Shown here: one piece after another, positions 38,698 to 49,821 of the stretch | How positions within the stretch are numbered: the stretch's first letter is position 1 | Layout of the letters: each line of letters starts with the position of its first letter | NCBI GenBank assembly: GCA_964452115.1 | Contig: CAYVKY010000001.1 | Coordinates: forward strand, 5,848 to 69,847 | Direction of reading: 5' to 3' | Origin: an uncultured Ignavibacterium sp. | Lineage (GTDB): Bacteria > Bacteroidota > Ignavibacteria > Tepidaquicellales > Tepidaquicellaceae | DNA length: 64,000 bases | Notes under the pieces: model-generated | What the model saw: the letters and a program-made list of their open reading frames with translations, nothing else | The model's database searches: none | Told to the model about the DNA's origin: nothing | Program-made: the position numbers and the translations under genes

Positions 38698-39942
38698 TCA
38701 CACCCATCCGCGTAGTTTACAAGCTTCGGCAACCCTTGCTACGGACACTACCATTGCTGCCAATCTCGGATGAACTTTCTTTTCACGGATTGCCTCGAGA
38801 ACGGTTTTATATGCCTTGGTAATTGTATGGTCAAGTTTGCTGTGCACTTCATTTTCTTCCCAGAAATATGAATATTTGTCCTGAACCATTTCGAGATAAC
38901 TAACGATTACTCCACCGGATGAGCCGACGATGTCCGGAATTACCATAACGTTATTGTTATTCAATATTATATCGGCTTCAGGCGTTGTAGGACCGTTTGC
39001 AAGTTCACAAAGAATTTTTGCTTTGATGTTTTTGGCGTTATTTTCATTGATCGAGTTCTCCAGTGCAGCCGGATATAATATGTCAACGTTACTTTCAAGA
39101 ATTGATTCTTTCGGAACGACCTGTGAACCGGGGAATCCGACTATAGTACCGTTTTGCAGTTTATAGTTCACAAGTTCCATCGGATTCATACCTGATTTAC
39201 TGTAAATTCCGCCTTTTGAGTCGCAAACTGCAACCAGTTTCCCGCATCCTAAAATCTCCTGATGAAGCAGCGCAGCTCTCTGACCTGCGTTTCCAAATCC
39301 CTGTATAGCATAGGTTTCAGGAGCAATATTGAAGTATTTACAGGCTTCTCTGACGGTATATATTCCGCCCCGGGCAGTAGCATCCCTTCTTCCTTCCGTG
39401 CCGCCGATTTGCTGAGGCTTATCCGTCATTACGCCAGGATTATGGCTGCGGGTAAGGACTTCGTATTCATCCATCATCCATGCCATGGTTTGTGGATTTG
39501 TATATACATCAGGCGCAGGAATATCCCTGTCGGGACCTATATGCTCTGCCACCGAGCGTACATATCCGCGGGCGATATTTTCGAGTTCGCGCTCCGATAA
39601 ATTCTTCGGATTACATACAACTCCGCCTTTGCTGCCACCAAGCGGTATATCCACCACTGCCGTTTTCCACGTCATCCAGCAGGCGAGAGCACGGATTGTA
39701 TCAATTGTTTCGTCATTATGAAATCTTATTCCGCCCTTTGCCGGACCTCTGGCGTAGTTATATTGAATTCGGTAGCCGTGAAATATATGAATATTTCCGT
39801 TATCCAATCTGATAGGCATAGTGAATGAAAATTCCTTTTGCGGAAAGGTCAGTAACTGGATTGTAGGTTCATCGAGCCTCAGCAATTTTGCCGCATCCAA
39901 TACCTGACTTTGGGCTACCTGAAATGAATTATATGTTTTCAT
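38698..39942 (-). CDS. Glutamate dehydrogenase (short, 414-aa Glu/Leu/Phe/Val dehydrogenase family)
   Basis: GPAKGGIRFH and catalytic Lys block IPLGGSKGGV. Dinucleotide fold IQGFGNAGQ. 414 aa. Confidence 0.9.
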   Translation of the reverse strand: MKTYNSFQVAQSQVLDAAKLLRLDEPTIQLLTFPQKEFSFTMPIRLDNGNIHIFHGYRIQYNYARGPAKGGIRFHNDETIDTIRALACWMTWKTAVVDIPLGGSKGGVVCNPKNLSERELENIARGYVRSVAEHIGPDRDIPAPDVYTNPQTMAWMMDEYEVLTRSHNPGVMTDKPQQIGGTEGRRDATARGGIYTVREACKYFNIAPETYAIQGFGNAGQRAALLHQEILGCGKLVAVCDSKGGIYSKSGMNPMELVNYKLQNGTIVGFPGSQVVPKESILESNVDILYPAALENSINENNAKNIKAKILCELANGPTTPEADIILNNNNVMVIPDIVGSSGGVIVSYLEMVQDKYSYFWEENEVHSKLDHTITKAYKTVLEAIREKKVHPRLAAMVVSVARVAEACKLRGWV

Positions 39943-39948
39943 TTTAAT

Positions 39949-40152
39949 TTAATTTTTATTTTCTTTTTTTTTGTTATCACCGTCATCTTCCAGCGGAATA
40001 TCGAGTGTAATTCTGTACCAGCAATTTTTGCAAATTATGGCTCTGTCCACTCCAAGCAGTACTTGCTGCCAAGAACTGAGTTTCTGGTGACAGTGCGGGC
40101 ATCTGTCAGGTATTTCTGTTCTGTCCTTATTTTCTGGTTGCATTTTGGTCAA
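39949..40152 (-). CDS. Small zinc-ribbon protein
   Basis: 67 aa with CPHC...CKNC (two CxxC pairs 23 residues apart) and a lysine- and acid-rich (KKKENKN) tail. Overlaps the upstream gene's end and stops 6 nt before the gdh start, so coding is plausible. Confidence 0.5.
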   Translation of the reverse strand: MTKMQPENKDRTEIPDRCPHCHQKLSSWQQVLLGVDRAIICKNCWYRITLDIPLEDDGDNKKKENKN

Positions 40153-43135
40153 CTCCGGGTTTAATTATAGCTCCTAAATGTTTATGGGCATTTGCCTTTA
40201 TAATGATAGGTTTATTAAATCTCAAATGTTTTACAAATTCGGTTTCTTCTACCGGGGGAGTATTCAGTAGAAAATTCCAGTCAACAAAACTTTTATCTCC
40301 GTCTGCTCCGATGGTAAAATAATTAATCATAAATGATGTAAGATTCTGAAAGAAGTGCGAACCCTGCGACGGTTCAACGGGAATGTCTTTTAATCCCGCT
40401 TCAACGATGGCTTTTGCTCCGGAAATCTGCGGCCAGGTAACGGGGATTCCGAGCCAAGGGTCAAGCGTACCCCATCTGCCGACTCCGAAGAGTACATATG
40501 GTTTATTTTCCGAAATAAGTTTGCTGTTAATCTGATTTACTTCCTGCGCTACCTGCCTGCTTTTTGCTCTCTCGAATTTATTTATATCTACTACAACGAT
40601 ATCGTAAACGTCATCTACGACACCGTTGCCGAGTACATCATTAGTTTTGCAAATCAGGTCACTGTCATTTAGATAATCAAACCTCAGGTCATCACTTTCG
40701 TGTCCGATAACGAGCGGCCTCATCTGAAGCACACCGAATTCTTTCGGCTGTTTTCGAGGAACGGACATATTCACGGCGAATTCTATTTCAACCGGCGTTC
40801 CCATTCCCCATGAACCCATATCAAGAAGCAGTTCGAGAATATCCGGAAGTGGGAAGAGTTTGTTTTTCAGAATCGGCGCAAATGTTACGAGCCTTGAACC
40901 GCTTCGGGAAATGCCGTCATAAATGGCATCGTTGTCCCTTGAATAAGTCGAGCCTACGTATCCGAGCGTGCCGTCTTCTTCAGCAGAATGAATATCGTAA
41001 TTTTTTGTAAACTCATCCTGAATTATCACGTCTCCGCTTTCATTATACCTGTCAGTTTCCAAATCAAGAGCGTAAAATGTTTTCTGATTAGTCTGAAGTG
41101 CTTCTTTCGGATTATGGAACTGAATCAGATTAGTGGGATATCTCGGGCAAAATCTCACACACATTCCGCCTTCCACTATTGTTTTGCCGAGTCCTAAAGC
41201 AACAGAAACCACACCGTCAGTGGATTCCATCGGCGGAAGGGGATAAAAGTTGTATGTTTTTGCCACTCCTGAAAAATCCGGATAATATCTGTTTTTATGC
41301 AGGCTGCCTACCATTCTTTGAATTACGACTGCCATTTTTTCTTCTTCAAGCCTGTAGGATGTCATTTTAAAATAATCTTTTGCATTACTATAAAATGTTG
41401 AGGCATACACCAGCTTAATTGTATTTACAAGGTCATTCAGTCTGACAAAAGGATTCTGATGATTATTCGGTATCATAAACGTGTCATACACACCTGCGAA
41501 TGGATGATACTGGGAATCTTCAAGAAGCGAAGATGACCTTACCGACAGAGGCACTTTTACCATATCAAGATAAGCCACGAGGTCTGCAATCACTTCAGCG
41601 GGAAACAATTTTGCATCAAGAAATCTGTGCTTTATCTGAAGGTCATTCGTGGAATTCAGAGCGAAATTTCTCAGATTGTTTTCATCGAGGAATTCATCGA
41701 ATACATCCGTGCCGAGCACGATAGCAGGGGGAACGTCTATCTGTATGCCTTCAAATTTATTGCTTATGCTGTAATTATTAATGAGAATATTCAGAAAGCT
41801 AAGTCCGCGTGCTTTACCGCCGAGTGAACCGCCGCCGATTCTTGCAAAGCTGTTATACTCATCAAAATTATCACGTTTGAAATCCGTAATAATTCCTCTG
41901 ATTCTGATTTTTCTGTATTCTTTCAGCGCATCTATCAGATAGTTCCTTAGCGATTCAGGGGTTGCGTATTCCGAAACTTTTTTAGGACGGAGTTTATCCG
42001 CAAGCCAGAATTCAGTACGCGCTTTAAGCCAGTTTGAAAAATCATTTTTTGAAGCGTGATACAAGATAGATGAAGAGGGAACAACTGAAAGCAGTTCGGC
42101 GAGTGAATTCAGATCTTTTGCCCTGCCGACTTCTTTGCCGTCGGGTGTCGTAAACACAAAATCCCCAAAACTGAAATACTGAATCATAAATTCACGAAGG
42201 TCGTGAAGGAACATCGGAGAGTCTTTAAGGAGAAATGAAAGCCCGATATCTTTTGCTTTTTTTTCATTTGTACATTCGGCAGACTGAAGCAGAATCGGAA
42301 TATCGGAATATAATTTTCTTACTTCGGCTGCAAACTCAAAACCCGCTTCAGAATGAAGTTCGCCGTCCTTATAAAAATCGACATCGGAAATAATTCCCAG
42401 TATATATTCCTTATATTTATCAAAATATTCCATCGCTTCTTCATACGTGCTGCACAAAAGTATTTTCGGCCTCGCACGCATTCGAAGTGATTTATGCGAA
42501 AGATTAATTCCTTCTGAAATGAGACGCTGTGATTGATTTAATACTTCAGTATAAATAATCGGAAGGAATGAAGAATAATTTCTGATGTTATCTTCGATAA
42601 CTATGATAGACTGTACACCGGCAATTCTTGTGTCATTATCAAGGTTCATTTTATCCTCGATAGATTTGATGATACCAATGATTAGCCGGTAATCGCCCTG
42701 CCATATAAAGATTTTAGTAAAAACGGAAGTATCCTGCCTTTTGATAATTTCAGTCAGTTCCTTATTGTCAAACGACAGCAGAATAATCGGAATTCTACTC
42801 TCAGACTCTCTGATTTTTTTTGCAAATTTTACCGGAGGCATATCTTCCGTATGCAATGTAGTTATCACGAGGTCGAAGCGTTTATCTTCATTAAGCAGAG
42901 TAAGGGCTTCGCGTGCACTTGATACGCGCGTAATTTCAGGCGAATGGCTCAGGTGAAGCCCCTGATATTCATTTCTTATTAACTCATAGAGTCTGCCGTC
43001 TTCTTCGAAAAGATAAAGGTCATACAGGCTGGATACAAGCAGAACATCTCTTATCCTCTGACGCATAAGATTCTGAAATCCCTGAAATCTTGTACCGTAA
43101 CCGTGTTCAACCCATGTTGAATCGAGTTCTTTCAT
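40127..43135 (-). CDS. Two receiver-like domains fused to a PEP synthase/PPDK N-terminal ATP-grasp domain (PPDK_N), without swivel-His or PEP/pyruvate domains
   Basis: REC1 (DVLLVSS...FDLVITTLH) lacks the acceptor Asp. REC2 (IIVIEDN...ILGIISDVDF) retains it. PPDK_N blocks: IGGGSLGGKARGLSFLN, SVRSSSLLEDSQYHPFAGVYDTF, MAVVIQRMV, PVEIEFAV. I found no GGxTSHAAI swivel motif. Confidence 0.75.
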   Translation of the reverse strand: MKELDSTWVEHGYGTRFQGFQNLMRQRIRDVLLVSSLYDLYLFEEDGRLYELIRNEYQGLHLSHSPEITRVSSAREALTLLNEDKRFDLVITTLHTEDMPPVKFAKKIRESESRIPIILLSFDNKELTEIIKRQDTSVFTKIFIWQGDYRLIIGIIKSIEDKMNLDNDTRIAGVQSIIVIEDNIRNYSSFLPIIYTEVLNQSQRLISEGINLSHKSLRMRARPKILLCSTYEEAMEYFDKYKEYILGIISDVDFYKDGELHSEAGFEFAAEVRKLYSDIPILLQSAECTNEKKAKDIGLSFLLKDSPMFLHDLREFMIQYFSFGDFVFTTPDGKEVGRAKDLNSLAELLSVVPSSSILYHASKNDFSNWLKARTEFWLADKLRPKKVSEYATPESLRNYLIDALKEYRKIRIRGIITDFKRDNFDEYNSFARIGGGSLGGKARGLSFLNILINNYSISNKFEGIQIDVPPAIVLGTDVFDEFLDENNLRNFALNSTNDLQIKHRFLDAKLFPAEVIADLVAYLDMVKVPLSVRSSSLLEDSQYHPFAGVYDTFMIPNNHQNPFVRLNDLVNTIKLVYASTFYSNAKDYFKMTSYRLEEEKMAVVIQRMVGSLHKNRYYPDFSGVAKTYNFYPLPPMESTDGVVSVALGLGKTIVEGGMCVRFCPRYPTNLIQFHNPKEALQTNQKTFYALDLETDRYNESGDVIIQDEFTKNYDIHSAEEDGTLGYVGSTYSRDNDAIYDGISRSGSRLVTFAPILKNKLFPLPDILELLLDMGSWGMGTPVEIEFAVNMSVPRKQPKEFGVLQMRPLVIGHESDDLRFDYLNDSDLICKTNDVLGNGVVDDVYDIVVVDINKFERAKSRQVAQEVNQINSKLISENKPYVLFGVGRWGTLDPWLGIPVTWPQISGAKAIVEAGLKDIPVEPSQGSHFFQNLTSFMINYFTIGADGDKSFVDWNFLLNTPPVEETEFVKHLRFNKPIIIKANAHKHLGAIIKPGVDQNATRK

Positions 43136-43144
43136 ATTAATTGT

Positions 43145-43179
43145 AAAAAACGGAGAATCCCTGTCAGAAGGGATTCTCC
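43145..43179 (-). terminator. Rho-independent terminator of gdhA, abutting the next gene's start
   Basis: A 10-bp perfect stem (GGAGAATCCC 43152-43161 / GGGATTCTCC 43170-43179) with an 8-nt loop is followed on the minus strand by T6. The U-tract ends about 9 nt before the ATG at 43135. Confidence 0.75.
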
Positions 43180-43201
43180 ACTATAAAATTTAAAATATAA
43201 T

Positions 43202-44581
<1,380 letters not shown>

Positions 44582-44620
44582 TTAAGTTGGAAAAATGTTT
44601 TATGAAAAAAAACTATTTAA

Positions 44621-44842
44621 TTAATACTTTTTAAAATTTATTAATTTAAAAATTTTTACTTCGTTTTTCTGCAACGTGTCCGAAATCAAGGTAACATCAT
44701 AATACTTTTGCCCCTGCATTATGAATCGCGGCATTGTTTTTGTATAATAGCTTTCCCGAAGAGAAATAAAATCTTCATTTGTAAAAGACTTGTCCGTTGA
44801 AAATCCGTTTTCGTATATGTTTGTTGAATCTCTGTTTACCAT
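44621..44842 (-). CDS. Hypothetical small protein
   Basis: This is the only ORF in a 380-bp gap, with no recognisable motifs. Coding status is uncertain. Confidence 0.3.
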   Translation of the reverse strand: MVNRDSTNIYENGFSTDKSFTNEDFISLRESYYTKTMPRFIMQGQKYYDVTLISDTLQKNEVKIFKLINFKKY

Positions 44843-44941
44843 TTGCGGCTATCTAAGAAATTATTTCAACATTTATTTTCAATTAATCTTTCGGTACTTA
44901 CGTAATATATATTAATTTTTTAATAAAAAATATTTATATTT

Positions 44942-46078
44942 TTATATAGTAATATTATATATCCTGTATGTCTTGTATTTGTCTGCGTCAAGATTTACAG
45001 CAGTCTGAACCATCGGCATATTGTCTTCAAGAATCCACGATATTTCAGCAGCATTAAATCCGCTTGCTATTCCGCGCTCGATAGTGTGTTTGATAAATAC
45101 TGCTTCAATACCTTTTTTATGAAATTCTTTTACTATGCCCATTGTGAGAAGACGGATAGAATGAATATTCTTTTTGCCGAAAAGCAATTTGAAAATTCCG
45201 AATGGGAAAATCTTTCCATTCAGTTTTTTAAATACAACATTCATATCAGGGAGAGCAAGAGAAAATCCGACAGGAACTCCGTTTGACTCCGCAAAATATA
45301 CAAGATTCGGATTCAAAATCATTTTAAATGAATCGGCAATATAATCAAATTCTTTATCCGTCATAGGAACGAAACCCCAGTTGTACATCCAGGCTTTATT
45401 GTAAACTTCGCGTACTTTTCTGAGTTCGTTGTCAAAATCTTTCATATTGATATTGCGTATAACAATGTTCTCTTTCTTCATAACAATATCGGAAAGCCTT
45501 GTAAGTTTGCTCATTACTTTTTCATTCTTTGTAATCTTATCCTCCACAAGGAAAGCATAAACATCTTTTATTTTCTTATAACCGTATCCTTCTATAAGAT
45601 TAATGTAGTAGCGCGGATTGTATGTCATCAGCAGACACGGGTCGAAATCAAAGCCGTCTATAAGCAGTCCGATTTCATCATTGGTGGACAGGTTTATCGG
45701 ACCTCTTATTTCATCGAGTCCGAGAGATTTCAGGAAATTCTTTGCTTTGTCAAATAGTGCATTTGCAACCTGCTGGTCGTTAATACATTCAAAGAATCCG
45801 AAAAATCCTGCTTTGTCTTTATGAAAATCATTGTGCATGTCATTTTTAATGGCAGCAATTCTTCCGGATAATTCGCCGTCTTTGTATGCGAGATAAAATT
45901 TAACCTGCGCATGTTCGAAAAAAGGATTTCTTTTTCTGTTAAGATTTTTCTTAATATCAAACAGCAAAGGGGCAACCCAGTGTTTATCGTCTTTATAAAT
46001 TTTCCAGGGGAATTTTATAAAATCCATCATTTCAAGTTCTGTCAGAACTTCTTTCACAATTATTTCACTCATTTTCAA
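44942..46078 (-). CDS. GNAT-like acyltransferase family protein (uncharacterised 378-aa type)
   Basis: Long ORF overlapping the bcp stop by 14 nt. The C-terminal half shows an acetyltransferase-like pattern (RLLTMGIVKEFHKKGIEAVFI). The family call is tentative. Confidence 0.45.
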   Translation of the reverse strand: MKMSEIIVKEVLTELEMMDFIKFPWKIYKDDKHWVAPLLFDIKKNLNRKRNPFFEHAQVKFYLAYKDGELSGRIAAIKNDMHNDFHKDKAGFFGFFECINDQQVANALFDKAKNFLKSLGLDEIRGPINLSTNDEIGLLIDGFDFDPCLLMTYNPRYYINLIEGYGYKKIKDVYAFLVEDKITKNEKVMSKLTRLSDIVMKKENIVIRNINMKDFDNELRKVREVYNKAWMYNWGFVPMTDKEFDYIADSFKMILNPNLVYFAESNGVPVGFSLALPDMNVVFKKLNGKIFPFGIFKLLFGKKNIHSIRLLTMGIVKEFHKKGIEAVFIKHTIERGIASGFNAAEISWILEDNMPMVQTAVNLDADKYKTYRIYNITI

Positions 46079-46526
46079 TTAATTTTATTATTTCATCAAT
46101 ATGTCCGTCAACTTTAACTTTCGGGAATATTTTCTGAATAAATCCTTTTTTATCTATAATAAAAGTTGTTCTTTCAATACCCATAAATTTTTTTCCGTAT
46201 AAACTTTTTTCTTTCCACACGCCGTATACTTTTATCATATCGAGCGATTCATCGGAAAGCAAAGTAAACGGAAGGGAATATTTGGTTTTGAATTTCTGAT
46301 GTGCTGCAGTATTATCCTTGCTCACACCGATTACTGCGATGTCATTTTTTTCAAAAAATTTGATTGAGTCCCTGAAAGCGCAGGCTTCACGCGTGCATCC
46401 GGATGTATTATCCTTCGGATAGAAATAAAGGATTACTAGTTTCCCTTTGTAATCCTTTAAACTTATTTTTTTTCCTTCATCAGATACGAGAGTAAAATCA
46501 GGTGCTTTATCTTTTGGTTTCAGCAT
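46065..46526 (-). CDS. bcp: Thioredoxin-dependent thiol peroxidase (Bcp-type peroxiredoxin)
   Basis: FYPKDNTSGCTREAC (peroxidatic and resolving Cys spaced as in Bcp). 153 aa. Confidence 0.9.
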   Translation of the reverse strand: MLKPKDKAPDFTLVSDEGKKISLKDYKGKLVILYFYPKDNTSGCTREACAFRDSIKFFEKNDIAVIGVSKDNTAAHQKFKTKYSLPFTLLSDESLDMIKVYGVWKEKSLYGKKFMGIERTTFIIDKKGFIQKIFPKVKVDGHIDEIIKLIENE

Positions 46527-46528
46527 TT

Positions 46529-47413
46529 TTAATAATTTATTAACCTTTCCTTTTTTAAGAAAAATTTCACGGAAATCAGACTTCCCAGAATTCCGAGAAA
46601 TATTCCCGCAATCACGAGGGATATAACATATTCGATTCCCATAAAATCAATTTTGAGTTCATTTGAAGAAAATTTTGAAGTGAACAGAAAATAAAATCCG
46701 TAAAGAGCCCCGACTGCAATTATGCCTCCCGCCAAACCCTGAATAAATCCTCCGATTATGAAAGGAGTAATTATGAAAGAGTTTTTTGCGCCGAGGAGTT
46801 TAAACAGTTCAAGAATTTTTTTCTTTGAAGAGATTACAAGGCGAATTGTATTTGACACAAGGAAAATTGAAGAAACAGAAATCACAATTAAAATCAAAAG
46901 GTTTATCAGCAAAAGCCCGCTCGAATTTTTTTCTATCATTTCGAGATTTTTTTCGGGGTAAACAATGTCCTGAACTTTTTTCATCGTGTTTATCTGCGCC
47001 TTGATTTTATTCATTCTGTCGGTGTATTTGTATTCATCGTACAGATTTATTTTCAGTGATGCAGGCAGGGGATTTGATTCAAAGATATCAAGCATATCCT
47101 TGCCGAATTCGCTTTCAAATATTTTTGCAGCATCGGCTTTTGAAATATACGTAATCTGTTTGACGCCGCCGATGGTTCTTATCTTTTCGCGCAGGTCATT
47201 TAATTCATCCTGATTAATTGAATCATCTAGGAAAACTTCAATTTCGACTTTATCCTTGATAGATTTAATTAATTTATTCGAGTTGATGGATATATTATAG
47301 TATATCGCAATAAGAATCAGCGACAGTGTAATAGTAATGACGGATGCGAATGTAGATAGCTTGGCTGAGTTTAATCCTCTGATTGATTCTTTAAATAAGA
47401 AATTTATCTTCAA
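46529..47413 (-). CDS. ftsX: Cell division permease-like protein FtsX
   Basis: TTG start. TM1, then a roughly 100-aa periplasmic domain, then three C-terminal TM helices. N-terminal FKESIRGLNSAKLSTFASV is typical of FtsX. 294 aa. Confidence 0.75.
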   Translation of the reverse strand: MKINFLFKESIRGLNSAKLSTFASVITITLSLILIAIYYNISINSNKLIKSIKDKVEIEVFLDDSINQDELNDLREKIRTIGGVKQITYISKADAAKIFESEFGKDMLDIFESNPLPASLKINLYDEYKYTDRMNKIKAQINTMKKVQDIVYPEKNLEMIEKNSSGLLLINLLILIVISVSSIFLVSNTIRLVISSKKKILELFKLLGAKNSFIITPFIIGGFIQGLAGGIIAVGALYGFYFLFTSKFSSNELKIDFMGIEYVISLVIAGIFLGILGSLISVKFFLKKERLINY

Positions 47414-47708
47414 AATGAATTCTACATTTATTTATGCAAAAATAAAGAAAAATATATTATTAATTAACGTAAAATGAAGTGCATAATTATTTCATCCGAA
47501 CATACTCCGGGTAACCTTTTAAAACGGACTTTCACCCGGCTCATACCAAACACTTATATCAAAACGAGCCTATTACTTCTGAAAGGGAGTTCGAATGAAA
47601 ATGTTCACTTAGAAAATATTTAAAAAAAATAATGAAAATCTGTATTTTTATTTTATTTTTGTATAACTATCTTACGTTTGCTAAATATCGATAATTTAAA
47701 TTTACACA

Positions 47709-49805
47709 GTGAAAAAACTTTATACCGCATTTTTTCTGTTTATTTTTGTCTTTACTCTTAAGGTAAACAGCACACCAAGCGTACCATTTCCGGGATTTCT
47801 GAATTATTTTATTCCCGGCTTTGACATCAAATATAATAATTTTTTAAATGTCTATAAAATTTTCGATGATGTGAATAACAAATACACAACAGTCGGAAAT
47901 ATTGCAATGACGGTTACCAACTACGGAACCATAGGGAAAGGATACTGCGGTACACAGCCATCCTGTCAATATCCGAAGAATTCCGGAATAGAGAATCTCT
48001 GGCTCGGCGGCATCTGGGTTGGCGGAATTAAAAACGGCGTTATCGGAGTTTCAACAGGTGCAATTGACGTTACAAACGCCAATAAGCAGGAAGGCTTTGA
48101 ATTTACTAATGCTCCCGGGGCAGGCATCACTGAGCGCTCTTCTATTCCGACTTCACCATATTACAGTCCGAATGCCGTGTCGCATCAGGACTTTGTGTGT
48201 GAATATGTCGATACTTCTACATATGGTATGCAAAACCATTCTCCGATGGGTATAAAAGTTTTAATGGAAACTTATACATACGACCTTAACTTTGCAAACT
48301 TTTTTGTGATATTGAATTACAAAATTGTTAATATCGGTTACAGAGGGAATACAGCAAATATTGACAGTGTATATCTTGGCTTGTGGAAAGACTGCGTTGT
48401 CAGAAATATTAATATTACGTCAGGATGCGGTGCGGGAACTTCGTTTTTCTCTAAAGTTGCAAATGGTTATATAGACTCTTTGAGATGTGAATATGCTTAT
48501 GATAATGCAGGCGATATCGGATTCACGGATAATTATGTCGGTGTGAAGCTGCTCGGCGTTTCACCAAAAGGCACGGTTGATTCGGTAAAATCACACTTTA
48601 CGATATGGCAGTTCAGAAACAGCACAGACCCGTTTTACTTCTCTCCGACTACTGACGAAATGAGATATATGAAAATGAAAGGACTTCTTACGAATACGCC
48701 TCCTACTTATATAGATACTACAAGATTAAATCTTCTGAGACATAATCCGGGAAACAGAGTTACACTTTTGTCATACGGTCCGTTTAAAAATCCCAACGGT
48801 TCGGTAATTTCCCTCAGATATCAACTGGATACTCTTAACGTGGTATTTGCAGTAGTATGCGCCAAAAAATACGGAACAGACCCTCCGCAAAACGATACGG
48901 AACTTCAGAAAAAAACTTTTTATAACAATATTGCATGGGCGCAAAGAGCTTATGACAACGGATATAAGCTTCCTTCTCCGCCGGATATGCCTATAACCCG
49001 CACGGAAGTAAATTCAAGAAACGTTACTCTATGGTGGAGCAACAATGCCGAATATTCGGTTGACCCGATTTCAGGGAAGAAAGATTTTGAAGGATACAGA
49101 GTTTACAGAACTTCACCGGGAAAAGATATTTCACTTAATCAGGATTTATTAAACCAGTTAAAACTCATCGGCGATTTTGACAGTTGCTGCAATAATTACG
49201 GAAACAATACAGGTTTCGGATTTATTAAACAGAATACACCGAAAATGTTTGACGGAGATACGAATAAATACTGGTACAAATTTGATTTTCCGAATCAGTT
49301 AAACGGATTCCAGTATGTTTATACTGTATCTGCATATGATAAAGGCGACCCGACTCAGAATCTTGAATCTTTGGAAAGCAGTTTACTCTCGAATGCAAAA
49401 AGAATTGTTCCGGGCACTCTCGCACAGGATAATAATGATACGGAAGTCGGAGTTTATCCGAATCCATATTATGTATCGGCATCGTGGGACGGTACGGGCT
49501 CGCGCTCAGAAGTCCTGAGAAAAATTTATTTCTATAATCTGCCTTCTAAATGTGAAATATCTATATGGACTATTGCAGGTGATTTGGTTGACAGGTTTAC
49601 ACACGATGGTGCAACGTATAACGGAACGGATATTGAATGGTTCAAGTCTTTCGGTGACGGCACGCAGAAATTCTCCGGCGGCGAGCATGCCTGGGATCTG
49701 ATTTCCAAAAGCGATCAGGCAATTGCATCCGGACTTTATTTCTTTACGGTAAAAGATTTAAATTCAGGAAATATTAAAAAAGGAAAATTTTTAGTAATTA
49801 AATAA
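47709..49805 (+). CDS. Secreted protein of unknown family with a T9SS/FlgD-Ig-like C-terminal sorting domain
   Basis: GTG start and signal peptide. No catalytic motif recognised. CTD-like end (VGVYPNPYY...CEISIWTIAGDLV...SGLYFFTVKD...GKFLVIK). Confidence 0.65.
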   Translation: MKKLYTAFFLFIFVFTLKVNSTPSVPFPGFLNYFIPGFDIKYNNFLNVYKIFDDVNNKYTTVGNIAMTVTNYGTIGKGYCGTQPSCQYPKNSGIENLWLGGIWVGGIKNGVIGVSTGAIDVTNANKQEGFEFTNAPGAGITERSSIPTSPYYSPNAVSHQDFVCEYVDTSTYGMQNHSPMGIKVLMETYTYDLNFANFFVILNYKIVNIGYRGNTANIDSVYLGLWKDCVVRNINITSGCGAGTSFFSKVANGYIDSLRCEYAYDNAGDIGFTDNYVGVKLLGVSPKGTVDSVKSHFTIWQFRNSTDPFYFSPTTDEMRYMKMKGLLTNTPPTYIDTTRLNLLRHNPGNRVTLLSYGPFKNPNGSVISLRYQLDTLNVVFAVVCAKKYGTDPPQNDTELQKKTFYNNIAWAQRAYDNGYKLPSPPDMPITRTEVNSRNVTLWWSNNAEYSVDPISGKKDFEGYRVYRTSPGKDISLNQDLLNQLKLIGDFDSCCNNYGNNTGFGFIKQNTPKMFDGDTNKYWYKFDFPNQLNGFQYVYTVSAYDKGDPTQNLESLESSLLSNAKRIVPGTLAQDNNDTEVGVYPNPYYVSASWDGTGSRSEVLRKIYFYNLPSKCEISIWTIAGDLVDRFTHDGATYNGTDIEWFKSFGDGTQKFSGGEHAWDLISKSDQAIASGLYFFTVKDLNSGNIKKGKFLVIK

Positions 49806-49821
49806 CATTAAAACTACTTTT

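Noticed and set aside
47414-47708. A possible replication origin at the minus-to-plus strand switch.
   Set aside because: I found no DnaA-box clusters (TTATCCACA or its complement) and no dnaA, dnaN or gyrB nearby. A single near-match (TGTGGTTAA) occurs elsewhere, at about 38620. The evidence is insufficient.
47600-47708. A sigma-54 promoter (TGGCAC-N5-TTGC) upstream of the cargo locus that would connect it to the downstream sigma-54 activator.
   Set aside because: There is no GG-N10-GC element with the right spacing. The only TTGC (about 47681) has no upstream GG dinucleotide 12 nt away.
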